Shown: positions 1-12,051 of the stretch, in pieces
Position numbering within the stretch: the first letter of the stretch is position 1
How the letters are laid out: the number at the start of each line of letters is the position of its first letter
Assembly (NCBI RefSeq): GCF_044704955.1
Contig: NC_091979.1
Span: 54,436,001 to 54,500,000, forward strand
From: Pristiophorus japonicus
Lineage: Eukaryota
DNA length: 64,000 nt
Reading direction: 5' to 3'
The notes under the pieces: model-generated
What the model was told of the DNA's origin: nothing
The model's input: the letters and a program-made list of their open reading frames with translations, nothing else
The model's database searches: none
Translations under genes and position numbers: made by a program

Positions 1-268
1 ATGACTTCACGAGGCAATATATTGCACTTCAACTGTAGTGAACTTAGTCCGTTTAATAACTCCTGAGTGCTGTTCACACATGGTGGCCTGCCTTTTATAC
101 TAGGCCTGGCACACCTGTACAGGTAACCTACAAGTCTCCCACTGCAGTGCTCTCTGGTTGCACACCTTAGTGACCATACAGCTGGTGTACAAGTTTCCCA
201 TAGTAGTGCCCTCTGGTGGCACATCATATGTAATAGTACAAGAAGTAAACATGTCTGGATACATGACA
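1..268 (-). mobile_element. Probable LTR (Gypsy-type, cut by window edge)
   Basis: Ends in ...catgaCA. Shares ordered motifs (tagtcc..ttta, gagtgc, ggcct..cctt.tatac, ccctctggtgg) with the Gypsy LTRs at 23610 and 28641. Contains an internal ~60-bp duplication. Confidence 0.45.
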
Positions 269-356
269 GTAAATAGTTGGGGTCCCAGCACTGATCCCTG
301 CGGCACCCCACTGGTCACTGATTGCCAACCCGAGAATGAACCATTTATCCCTACTC
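269..356 (-). mobile_element. CR1 LINE RT fragment
   Basis: Translates [30 protein letters not shown] (CR1 RT motif). Confidence 0.85.
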
Positions 357-2289
357 TCCAGAATCTACAGAATCTGGCCATTTGGACCAACTGGTCTATG
401 CCTGTGTTCAAATTCCACACAAGCCTCCTCCACTCCAATGACCTCTTCTCACCCTGCTCCCTTATCCGTTTATTCCCTTCTCCCTCATATATGCTTGTTT
501 TCTACTGTTAAGAGTGAATAGTATTGAAATGGCCTGTGGTATAAGGTTTTGAAAATTCATTCCTTTCACCTGCAGTTTAGAGAAACCCCGGTCCCGGCGT
601 AAGGCTGCTTGGCAAACTAACGTTACATTTTTCAGGATTCAATTATATTATATAACAAAGGAACTTGGAACTCTGACTCCCAATACCAAAAAATCTGTCA
701 AGTAGCAATCTGCTGACGTAATCTCCTGACCAGCTGTGATTAAAAAGGAATTAAAGGTAAAAGAAAGGACAGTCCACATGAAGTCTATATTAAAATCTTT
801 ATTCCATCTTTTCTTTTATTCCTTGTGTTTTTCATTGTCACAGTCCAGCTTCTTAGGAGAGTGCAGTATAGCTTTGTGGACAGTGCGTGAAGCCACACTA
901 TGCTCAAAGTACACTGTGGGAACTAGGAGAAACCAGATTGAAAAATCATGATGGTGTGATGGGACAAAGAGAGGGTTGCTATCAAATACTTCTGTTGAAA
1001 AATCACAACATTACAAAGAATTATCATTAACACAGGGGTTCCCCATGGCTAGGTTCTTGTCATTTTGTTCTTTCTTCGTATCAATGACCTGATTTACTCA
1101 TTTTAACCCATTCCACAATTTAGCTGATCCACTCTACATTTATTAATTTCCTTCAGTCCCTCGGGCAGATAGTCTGCATTCTCACGGTGCAATGTCTGAA
1201 TCATTACAACTTGATCGTTTCCATGCCTTCGGTGGCCAGTCAGAATGCAGTTCCTTTCCATTTTTTAAATTTGCAATTTTTTCCCTGTCTCTTGTGACTC
1301 CAGCCACCAGCTACCTCCTCTTGCCTTTTAACAGTTGCACCCTAATAATCTTTATCTACTATTGTACTCACTGTCACACTCTGCCCTTCTACCACACGTG
1401 AGACTCTCCTCTCGTCCATTGCTGAAGCTGCCTCTATGAAATGTGGTTTTCTTATTTTAACTCAATGCCTCTTAGCGCTCTATAAAGTCCCACGTCTGGT
1501 ATGTTATTCTTGTATCTGGGGAAGCTCTTCTAACACTCCTCTAACACTGCTGGACAGGATGTAAGAAAAATCTAGTCACCTGATATGTGATCCCTCTTTT
1601 ACTCACTTCTAGACTTTAAGCTCTGTCTCTGTTTTATCAACACGGTGCTGGTCTGAACCTGCTCTCTTCTTCAACCTCTATTGCAGATATGGGGGTAGAT
1701 TTCCATCTTTGCACACAGGACACTGGAGGAAGCTGCTAATCGTGTTTTTCCTTCCCTGAGCTATTTGCATGGTGCCTGAGGAATTACAGGTGCAGACCTT
1801 GGGGGAAATTCAGGCATGGGCTTGTCCCCTGACTGGGTCTTTTTCCTCACCATCATGGAACGTTGAGTTTGCCTCTACTTCGGGCATAGGCTCAGTTACG
1901 TACATAGTACGGAGGTAATGAGTTTCTGAAAACTGTATGTTCTTTCTCCCCATGTATGCTCACAGTGGTAAAGTCAAGCCAGGTTGCAGCATCCTATTCT
2001 GACTTACTGTTTCCCATGACCTCAAAAATGTGGATGTCCTTGCCTCTCTGTCTTTCCTTATAGAATCTTCACACTTTCAAAACCCCAGCGTGGTATCACT
2101 TAACCACTTTATCCTTTACTTTTTTTTCAACATGGTAGTGTCTTGCTTATAGGTCCTTCAATTTAAAAAGCTTCTGTAACATTTTGCTTTCTCTTTAAAT
2201 ATTTATTTTCTGTTAAATTCTTTTCTGCCCTTCAAGGCATTGATTTCTTGGGGTATGGTTACCACAGGAACCTTGCCCAAGTGCCCATT

Positions 2290-2495
2290 ATTCATGTTTG
2301 AGCTTTGACAGTGATTGTTGGCATGCTTTACATGCATACTTACAGGAGATGAGGAGTCGAACGCTGGCTGTTATCCTCTCCTTAACCCAGGACACAGGAC
2401 ACTTGTCGTATCTTATAACTGCCCTGGCTTAGATCAGCTAACTCAGTGCAGACTGGTGATTTAACCCAGGACCTTCCTGGTTTGCTGGCTCAGTG
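2290..2495 (-). mobile_element. Old tRNA-headed SINE remnant
   Basis: agatcagctaactcagtgcagactggtgatttaacccaggaccttcctgg is a degenerate B-box head on the minus strand. A related sequence lies at ~7790-8100 (+). Confidence 0.4.
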
Positions 2496-2560
2496 ATGCA
2501 AAGGAAAAACCCAGCAGAATACCTTTTGCATATTTAATGATAGGAAAAATGTTTTGGGGG

Positions 2561-2719
2561 AGTTTCTAACCCAATAAGGGAATTAAGGGTTATGGGGAGC
2601 GGGCGGGTAAGTGGGGCTGAGTCCACGGCCAGATCAGCCATGATCTTGTTGAATGGCGGAGCAGGCTCGAGGGGCTAGATGGCCAACTCCTGTTCCTAAT
2701 TCTTATGTTCTTATGTTCT
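2561..2719 (+). mobile_element. CR1 3' end
   Basis: Near-identical to the 3' UTR of the CR1 at 34780-34931; ends in (ttcttatg)n tail. Confidence 0.9.
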
Positions 2720-2752
2720 AAGTGTAGTTTTGTGGAGGTGAATTAATGTATT

Positions 2753-4460
2753 ACATAGAATTACATAGTATTTACAGCACCAGTCCATGCCGGTGTTTAT
2801 GCTCTACACAAGCCTCCTCCCAGCCTTCTTCATTCATCCCCATCAACATATCCTTCTATTCCTATCTCCCTCATGTGTTTAACTAGCTTCCCCTTATAAG
2901 CATCTATGCTAGCCGCCTCAACTACTCCTTGAAGTTGTGAATTCTACATTGTAACCACTCTCTGGGTAAGAAGTTTCTCCTGAATTCCCTATTGGATTTA
3001 TTAGTGACTAGCTTGTGCTCATGGCCCCTAGTTCTGGTCTTCCCCACAAGTGAAAACGCTTTCTCTACGTCTACCCATCAAACACTTTCACAATCTTCAA
3101 GGCTTCTATCAGTTTACCCCTCAGTATTTTTTTCTAGAGAAAAGAGTCCCTGCCTTTTCAATCTTTCCTGATAGGTATAACCTCTCAGTTCTGGTATAAT
3201 TCTATTAAATCTTTTTTGCACCTTCTCCAGTGCCTCTATATCCTTTTTATAATATGGAGACCAGAACTGTGCACAGTTTGCCAAGTGTTGTCTAACCAAG
3301 GTTCTATACAAGTTCAACATAACTTTGAACATAAGAACATAAAAAAATAGGAGCAGGACGAGATCATTTGGTCCCTCGAGCCTGCTCTGCCATTCAATAA
3401 GATCATGACTGATCTCCACTTCCACTCCACTTTCCTGCTCTATCCCCATATCTCTTGATTCCTTTAATATCCAAACATCTAGCGTCTCTGTCTTGAATAT
3501 ACTTAACGACTATGCCTCCAAAGAGAATTGCAAAGATTCACCACCCCCTGAGTGAAGAAATTTCTCTTCATCTCAGTCATAAATGGCCGACCCCTTATTC
3601 TGAGACTGTGACCCCTGCTTCTCGACTCCCCAGTCAGGGGAAACATCCTCCCTGCACCTACCCAGTCAAGCCCTGTACGAATTTTGTATGTTTCAATTAG
3701 ATCACCTCTCTAAGCTCTAGACAATATAGACCTAGTCTACTCAATCTCACCTCATAGGACAATCTCTTTGAATCCTCCTCACAACTTACATTCCCACCTA
3801 GCTTTGTCTCATCAGCAAACTTGGATATATTGCATTTGGTCCCTTCATCCAAATCATTGATACAGATTGTGAATAGCTGGGGTGCAAGCACTGATCCTTG
3901 CCGTACCCCACTAATTACAGCCTGCCAACCTGAAAATCACAAGTTTACTTTGCTTTCCAGTTCTATCTCTCTAAAAATGAACCTCAGTGCTTTGTTTGCC
4001 TTTTTAATGGCCTTATTAACCTTTTAGTAATTTGTGTATCTGTACCCCCAGATCCTACTGTTCCTGTACCCAATTTGGACACTTGTTTTCCAAGGAGTAT
4101 GTGGCCTCCTTATTCTTCCTACCTTACACTTATCTATATTGATGTTCATTTGCCAATTACACACCCATTCTGCAGGTTTATTAATGTTTTCCTGTATTTG
4201 TCGCAGTCCTCCTCTGTATTAACTATACCCCAATTTGGTGTGTCCACAATTTTTGAAATTGTACTTTCAATCCTGAGTGTAAAAGGTGAACAACAGTGAT
4301 TCCAGCACCGATCCTTGTGAAACCCTACATTCCAACTTTTGCCAGTCTGAGTAACTACCATTACCCCCTACTATCTGTTTTTTGTTTTGTTGCCAGCTTG
4401 CTATCCATTCTGCTACCTGTCCCTTGACTCCACATGCTTTGACAGTCATGAGTCTACTAT
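2753..4460 (-). mobile_element. 5'-truncated CR1 interrupted by a second CR1 (about 3327-3937)
   Basis: ORF2 C-terminal peptides (LYRTLVRQHL..CAQFWSPYYKKDIEALEKVQ; KFADETKLGG). An internal aacataagaacata tail marks the nested copy. Confidence 0.85.
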
Positions 4461-5526
4461 GCGATGTTGAAGCTGAAGTACTCCAGACTGACTTTTGCTA
4501 CCAATGTAATTCAGCTCAGTAACTCCTCTCAGACAGTTCCTCTAATGATTTCATCAAAATTAACTGTTGCTGAACATTATTATTTTTTTTGGTTATTATT
4601 TATGTTGGTAATAATACTTTCTAATGGTTTACTTGTTAAGAGGTCCCAAATTTAGTGGTAATTTGGTTCTTTTAGCCAATCGTAACATGGAAAACCAATG
4701 TAATTCACCGCCGGTTACAGCTTCACCTGTGCTTGGATTGGAAGAGATTGCCCCTTAACAGCGCCAACCTATCCTACCTGCACTGCTGTCTTGTTTGTTC
4801 AATCACTCTGAGTGGCACTGTATGAATGAAATGCAAATCAAATACACTCAACTAAGTACGATATTTAGAAAAATTCTGAAATGATTGCAAGGAGTGGACA
4901 GATAGAAACAACACCATTTTAATTGTACTCAGATTCTGCATCAACAGAGTTGGTAAGTAGCAAGTTTAATCAGTGAGTAACAGCTGATAAAGATGGTGTC
5001 TATCTATCTTTATTAAGACATAAGATGAGTGAGGGTTGTTAAAATGTGAGAAATTGGCCCTGTGGAACAGGACTATTGCACAGATACTATGATGTCTATA
5101 TTGTGTCCCTGCAGACACAATATCCAGTAACAATACTCATCTGGGTAAAATAGCACAAGTGAACTGAGAGCAGAACTCTTTGTTCTAGTTCAGTGTCCAT
5201 CTGATCATTGCTAAAGTGCGTTGAAAATGCTTCCAAACCACAACTGGATTGCTTACAGCAGTCAGTCTGAACAAAACATCTGGGAAATACTTATGGCTTC
5301 GAAGTAGTCATGTGTAGTTTTGGGGTTAAGGGCCTTTTATATGTATTTGTGCAAACCACAGGGTGATGTAAATATTAGCGACTTGCATCTTAACGAATAA
5401 ATAACATTTCTCAAGGTTTGAATTGTGTCTCGAGATAACAGGTTGTATTACAGTTTGGGTCCGGAGTCTAGTCAGAAGAGCAAGATCTAAAATGTTTTTT
5501 TTACAGTTTAAATTCTCCATTTTCAG

Positions 5527-5700
5527 CTTGGTGGCTGACGTGGTGGTGTTCAATTCTGCATTTAACATGGAATCGTTCCTTGTGTCCATTGGCTCTTTCA
5601 TGAAGCTAATTCCTGATCATCGACCCAAAGAACTTGAGAAGCTCATCAGACCCAAGTGCCAAGTGCTGTATTTTCCAATCAGGTTTCCTGTCATTACCAG
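5527..5700 (+). CDS. GTDC1: Internal coding exon of glycosyltransferase-like domain-containing 1 (tRNA-queuosine mannosyltransferase, QTMAN)
   Basis: Acceptor ctccattttcag|C and donor CAG|gtcagt; 174 bp, phase 2-2. Peptide (C)[57 protein letters not shown](R) matches vertebrate GTDC1 as I recall it ([58 protein letters not shown]). No other GTDC1 exon was found. Confidence 0.93.
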
Positions 5701-7789
5701 GTCAGTATCTGGAACAAGCTGATATTTAAAGTTCACAAAAGAGCTAACATGAGCACAGTGATATTTTTTTGCTTTGTGTTTCTGTGCTTGTTTTCATATG
5801 TGGTAATTTGCTTTGCTCAAAACAAGAATTCATCTAGCGTAAGTAAGTTTGATGAATATGTAAGATTATTAGTGAAGCACTGGAACTGCCTATAGCCCTT
5901 TTTAAAGCCACAGTGTATTTTGGGGAATCATTTCTTTTGTCATTTGGAAGAGCTTTTTACCATATTGGGCAAAAATATAACGTATTAGGAAATATAATTT
6001 TTGTATAGAAGGAACAAACCTGAACATTTATTTGGGCTGCAGCCTACTCTTTTGTTACCTGAAGTACCTTATCCCTACAGTATATCATTTGAAATCAAGT
6101 ATTGAAAATAAGCCTATAGAAGTTGCAATTGGCCTAGGAGAACATTTTCTTCGAAACTGATAACCAAGTGTGCCAAATTCATGAAAAGAGAATGCCTTCA
6201 TTGATAATTGAATATAGGAGTGTTTGGCCCTTGTCCAAATTTGGTGATGTAAAATTGTGCTATTTTTCCATATGATATAGTTTACTAGTGATGAGAACTT
6301 TTATCCAATGGTTTGCACAGTTAGTAAGTTTAAGATAATTGCTTCCTGTGTTATTTGATCTATAGTCAAGGAAACAAGGGGCTGAGTTGCAAGACGTTTT
6401 TTTTAAAAAAATTGCAAAGATTTCTGGTTACCGTCTAATTTATTTTGCCTCACTGGAATTTTCATGTTTTTTAAAAAACACAGACAGCGTAGTAATATTG
6501 TAATCAAATAAGAACTTGGGATCAGCCACAACTGTGACACTGATTGATAGCTAATGCAAAACCTGACTTCAACTGTTGATGCACAAAAAAAATGATCGCC
6601 CCTCCCCCGAAAATAAGCACCAACTTTTCCAAAATGAGAAGCGAGTATATTATGTTTCACAAATGACATTATGATTGACCACATTAATATTCAATTTTTT
6701 CCTTTATAGGTGCAAAAACATTAAATGCTCATTCCGACAATGTATCATTTGTCACCATCAATACAATTAAGATTATAATGTAGTCTCACTTTCAACTCAC
6801 TTTCTTATTCCATGCGTGAGCATGGCATGCTATTTAAACTGCATTTGTGATAACGGTATAGAAGAGCTCATTTATCTCACTGTGAACAGTAAAGTATTAT
6901 TAGCCCAGTTTGTTTTAGTAATTATAAGCTGCTTAAGTCATTACTGTACAGTAATGGAATTCATTTGATTATACATATCAAAACTGAGATTGTAGTACAT
7001 TTGCATATTTTCTATTATCTAATGACATTCATCTACACCTGCAGAAACATTCCATATATAAGGTGACATCAAGTTTTCTTTCCAAAATGAGCATTGTTTT
7101 TTTAATCAGTCCATTTAGCCTTCTCGATGTTATCTGTGTAAAAGAGATTTGACATTGAAACAATTGAATCAGAATCAAGAATTGCATGATTAAAAATGTT
7201 TTCATGTCAAACGTTTAAGGCACTTGTCTTTGAAATGAAAATTAAGCCATTCTTTATGTCTGTGAACCCATTGAGGATCATCACCGGATATGATGTAAAT
7301 TGGGTCAGGGTTATTGCTGATTATCCCAGCGTACAACCCTCACAGGTGCATCGTGAGACTGTTAGTGTGGGTGTCATATGCTGCCTTTGAAGCTCCATAC
7401 ATCACGAAGCAGTTCCATCCTCTTGTATTACTTGACTTGAATTCTTCTGAAGACCTCAATATTGGCCATTAAAGGTTCTGAACACCATGCTGGCTATTTT
7501 GAAAGCCCCAACTAACACATTCTCTAGGCCTTAATCTTAACTGCAACTACTAACGTTAAAATTAAAATGTCTAGGAAAATCAAGTACAACTAACATCCAA
7601 AATTATAATTGTGTTTATTACATACAATTTTCATATTAAGATGGCAGTAGCTTCTGTTGTCTGTGATCATAGGATAGATTGTGTTTTCCCTTATTCATGG
7701 ATAGGGATAGGTTTATAATTGTAACAGCTCTTGTCTTATAGAATTAACATACTATATTGGGAAAGGTTCAGCCAAAGTCTTAATAGATA

Positions 7790-8100
7790 AAGGCACTGCC
7801 TGCTGTAATGCTAAGACATATAGACCAGAAGATTTCAGGTTTGATTGCTGGTTTGTGTGAGGTAGCATATCTTGTCCACAACTGATGTTGGCCTGCTTGG
7901 GTTAAGAGGGAAAAATTGTCCAGGGTTCCTAATATCCAATGATGGCACTGAAAGTGTGAAGGCAGATTGGCCTCAGCTCTGCCGACGCTCATTGTCTCAG
8001 GTGTGAAGAATGATCACTTAAGTAAAATCAACTCGATGAGCGCAAGGATCTGTAAACCAAGATCCAGTGCTTTCAAGGGAGAAAATTGGCAGATAAAGAA
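7790..8100 (+). mobile_element. Old tRNA-headed SINE remnant
   Basis: agaccagaagatttcaggtttgattgctggtttgtgtgaggtagc resembles the reverse complement of the 2290-2495 head. Confidence 0.35.
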
Positions 8101-8442
8101 GGGGAGGGGGGGAAATAGATACCATATAAAGAATCCCCACCTGAACTAAAAGAAATGGTATTTCTTCTTGGGTAGTATTTTGTTAATTCGATATCAGGAA
8201 AGCAATTATAATGTATCCATATTATATTTTTTTTTAAAAAAGAAGCGCAGCTTATCCTGAAAGAGAGCAGCCATGTTTCTCTCAGCAGTCAGGGTTCTTG
8301 AGGAATGTATCCCATGTACCTAGCTGCTCCTCTGACAAGGGTACTTCCTCCGCAAGTCTCTTTCATCCCCATACAATCTGAAAAGGAAGGTACAATCTGC
8401 AGTCTGTGCAAATCTCTCAGTAACTGAGAACATAAGAACATA

Positions 8443-10252
8443 GGGCCCAAGTTTCGAGCCGCGCCTAGAACGGCGCAGTCCCGACCTGGACGCCCGTTTT
8501 TCACGCCACAAAGTGCGCCTAAAAAAAACTTCCAAATTCTCCAGCTCCCCACAGGTCGTTTGCAGCTCGGCGCAGCGCAGCACGAGCTGTAGGGGGCGGA
8601 GCCAGGTCCCTGCGCTGAAAACAGTGCCAGGACCTCTGCACATGGGTGCTACAGTGGGCGCGCATGTGCAGTAGCTCCAGGCGCCCAAAACTGTGTGGGA
8701 GGGGCCAAAGCACGCAGCCCCTAGCCCTGGCCGAATGGCCTCACTGGGGCTGCGTGAATAAGGCTCCTCCCACGGCCAGATCCTGCTTCCTCCCGACCCG
8801 ACTCGACTCCTGCTTCCTCCCGACCCGACTCGACTCCTGCTCTCAGGACCGGACCCGACACCGACCCGACCCCCCGGACTGGACCCGACCCGACTCCCGC
8901 TTCCCCCCGCTTGCGGACCGGACCCGACACCGATCCAACTCCCGCTTCCCCACCCCCCCCGGACTGGACCCGACCTGACCTCCCTTCCCCCGACCTGACC
9001 TCCCTAACCCCGACCCGAACCGAACCGACCCGCGATCCCGACCCGACCCAATGCCACCTACCTGTAAATCTGGTGCCGGGGACAGGCCCTGCCCGAAGTC
9101 TTGGGTCCTGCCCGAAGTCTCGGGCCCGACCCGTTCAGCCTCCCTCCCCCTTCTCCTTCCCCCGCCCCCATCTCCTATCCCCCCCATCTCCTCCCCCCGT
9201 CCATCTCCTTCCCCTCCCAAAACCTCCCCCCCCCATCTCCTTCCCCCCCATCTCCTTCCCCCCCATCTCCTTCCCCCCCCATCTCCTTCCCCCCCCATCT
9301 CCTTCCCCCCCCATCTCCTTCCCCCCCATCTCCTTCCCCCCCATCTCCTTCCCCCCCCCCATCTCCTTCCCCCCCATCTCCTTCCCCCCCATCTCCTTCC
9401 CCCCCCATCTCCTTTCCCCCCTCTCCTATCCTCCCCTTGTTTCCCCCCTTTTTCTTCCCTCCTTCTCCTCCCCCCTTCCCCCTTCTCCTCCCCCACTTCC
9501 CCCTTCTCCTCCTCCCCCCCATCCCCACCTCCCCCTTCTCCCCCTTCCCTCCCTCTGCTCCCCCCCTCTCCCTCTACACCCCTCCCCTCTCCCTCTACAC
9601 CCCTCCCCTCTCCTTCTACACCCCTCCTCCCCCTCCCCTCGCTGTCAAAAACACAGACACTGACAGACAGAGAATGAGAGACACACACAGACAGATAGAG
9701 ACACTGACAGAGACACACTGGGGGGGGGGACATCCCAGCACGCTGTTGGAGGGCTTTCGGTGCTGCAGTCGGTAAGTAGAAAATGTTTTATTTATTGATT
9801 TAAAAACATTTTTTATTTCTTCTTAATTTTTTTTGATTGATTTATTGATGTTTTTATAATTTATTATTGATAATGGCTCTTTATTTGTAAAACTGAAGTG
9901 TTTAATGTTTGTAAACTTCCCTTTAAACCCCCCCCCCCATTCCCTACGCCTGATTTGTAACCTACGCCTGATTTTCTAAAGTGTAGATAAGGTTTTTTCG
10001 AGCGTACAAAAATCTTCACTTACTCCATTCTAAGTTAGTTTGGAGTAAGTTTTCACTGACGAAACTTTGAAAACAGGCGTAAGTGGCCGGACACGCCCCC
10101 TTTTGAAAAAAAAATTCTGTTCCAAAGTGAAACTGTTCTAACTGACTAGAACTGGAGCAAACTAAATGACGAGAATTTCGATTTCTAAGATGCTCCATTC
10201 TACACCAGTTGCTCCTAAAAATCAGGAACAAATCATGGTGAAACTTGGGGCC
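8443..10252. mobile_element. Non-autonomous PIF/Harbinger element (MITE)
   Basis: TIRs gggcccaagtttc / gaaacttggggcc, 3-bp TSD ATA; arms shared with the copy at 37712-39346. Confidence 0.85.
9140..9640. repeat. C-rich minisatellite (ccccccatctcctt)n inside MITE
   Basis: Tandem 15-16 bp units followed by low-complexity C/T sequence; source of the spurious Pro/Gly ORFs. Confidence 0.9.
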
Positions 10253-11308
10253 ATAAATAGGAGCAGGAGTAGGCCATTTGACCCCTCGAGCCTGCTCCGC
10301 CATTTAATAAGATCATGGCTGATCTGATCATGGACTCAGTTCCACTTCCCCGCCCTCTCCCCATAACCCTTTATTCCCTTTATTGCTCAAAAATATGTCT
10401 ATCTCCGCTTTAAATATATTCAATGACCCAGCCTCCACAGCTCTGGGGCAGAGAATTCCACAGATTTACAATCCTCTGAGAGAAGAAATTCCTCCTCATC
10501 TCAGTTTTAAATGGGCGGCCCCTTATTCTGAGACTATGCCCCCTAGTTTTAGTTTCCCCTATAAGTGGAAATATCCTCTCTGCATCCAACTTGTCGAGCC
10601 CTCTCAATATCTTATATGTTTTGATAAGATCACCTCTCATTCTTCTGAACTCCAATGAGTATTGTCTCAATCAACTCAACCTATCTTCATAAGTCAACCC
10701 CCTCATCTCCGAAATAAAGCTGGTGAACCTTCTCCGAACAACCTCCAATGCAAGTATATCCTTCCTTAAATACGGAGACCAAAATTGCACGCAGTGCTCC
10801 AGGTGTGGCCTCCCCAATACCCTGTACAGTTGTAGCAGGACATCTCTGCTTTTATACTCTATCCCTCTTGCAATAAACGCCAACATTCCATTTGCTTTCC
10901 TGATTACTTGCTGTACTTGCATACTAACTTTTTGTGTTTCATGCACAAGGACACCCAGGTCCCTCTGTACTGAAGCACTTTGCAATTTTTCTCCATTTAA
11001 ATTATAATTTGCTTTTTTACTTTTTCTGCCAAAGTGGATAACCTCACATTTTCCGACATTATACTCCATCTGCCAAATTTTTGCCCCATTTTGAGCTTCT
11101 GGTATACATTCCAACATGAATTGTACCACAGCTATTCACCAGGCACTATGTCCTAATATACACTGTCTGCAAAAAGGTTAAAAAGAAGTGCAGACCTGGA
11201 AATCTGGTATTTAAGAACATAAGAAATAGGGGCAGGAGTAGGCTATTTGGCCTTTCGAGCCTGCTCTGCCGTCCAATACGATCATGGCTGATCTGAGAAA
11301 GTTAGAGA

Positions 11309-11375
11309 TGCGATGGGAATTAAACCCAGGTCAACTACTTGGAAGGCAACCATGCTTACCACTGCACCACCTTCA
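11309..11375 (-). pseudogene. tRNA-Gly(TCC) pseudogene
   Basis: Minus strand reads ggtggtgcagtggtaagcatggttgccTTCCAAgtagttgacctgggtttaattccc, colinear with vertebrate tRNA-Gly-TCC. T-loop and acceptor stem are decayed. Abuts a CR1 tail at 11213-11295. Confidence 0.75.
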
Positions 11376-12051
11376 CAGAACTTTGCAGGGGAATGATTGG
11401 CTGGCTGTGAGTTACAAAGAACTAATGTAATTTCGATATCTTAAGTTGCAAGAGATTTCAGAGAAATTATGATCAGATCCTTAAAATGAATCTACCTGCT
11501 TAGTCTCACTCCCAGAAATGTGTTATTTATTCCGTACAGTTGTATACACAGCCTGTCGTATATACTTTTTTACATTTGATTTGAGTTTACTATTTTGATT
11601 GGTGTGCAGAGAATAGTGGAGTTGGCGTAACACAGGAACTAAAGTTAAATGGCATTAAGGTATTAGATTACTTGTGATGCCATTACTTTGAAATATTTTT
11701 CATGGTCTTTGTAGCTGGCATCATAATTGCAAACAGATGGTATTGTAAAAGTTCGATGGTTGTAATTGTTTTTAAAATGAAAATTTCCATACAGTTCTTA
11801 TTTAAATGTATCTGTCTGATGTGCAGTGAGCAGAACGTATGATGCGATACAACTTGTATGGCTAATTGTGTGGTTGGCTATGCCAGTAAGCCTGACACCG
11901 ATCAAGCGAGGGTGGCAGAGAAATGGGCAAGGAGACTTTGGGCCTGTTTTTCATCTGATGCGCAGACTACAATTCTGCAACCAGATTGTGTTTGTATGTT
12001 AGCTACATACTGCGGCCATTTGCCATGTTGTATTTTTATGTTCGTTACCTG

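Larger units (their letters stand above)
8427..11090 (-). mobile_element. 5'-truncated CR1 whose tail is split by a Harbinger MITE
   Basis: ORF2 C-terminus in ORFs 10671-11129 and 10410-10670; tail reads aacataagaacata|MITE|ataaataggagcagg. Confidence 0.9.

Noticed and set aside
630-760. Possible exon (ttttcag ... aag|gtaaaa)
   Set aside because: No GTDC1 similarity and a stop in the frame examined.
5423-5722. 99-aa ORF as a complete gene
   Set aside because: Only 5527-5700 is homologous and splice-bounded; the rest is intron read-through.
8843-9775. Long Pro/Gly-rich ORFs (also 37709-38802 and 55860-56556)
   Set aside because: Stop-free translations of G/C minisatellites inside MITEs; open in several frames on both strands.
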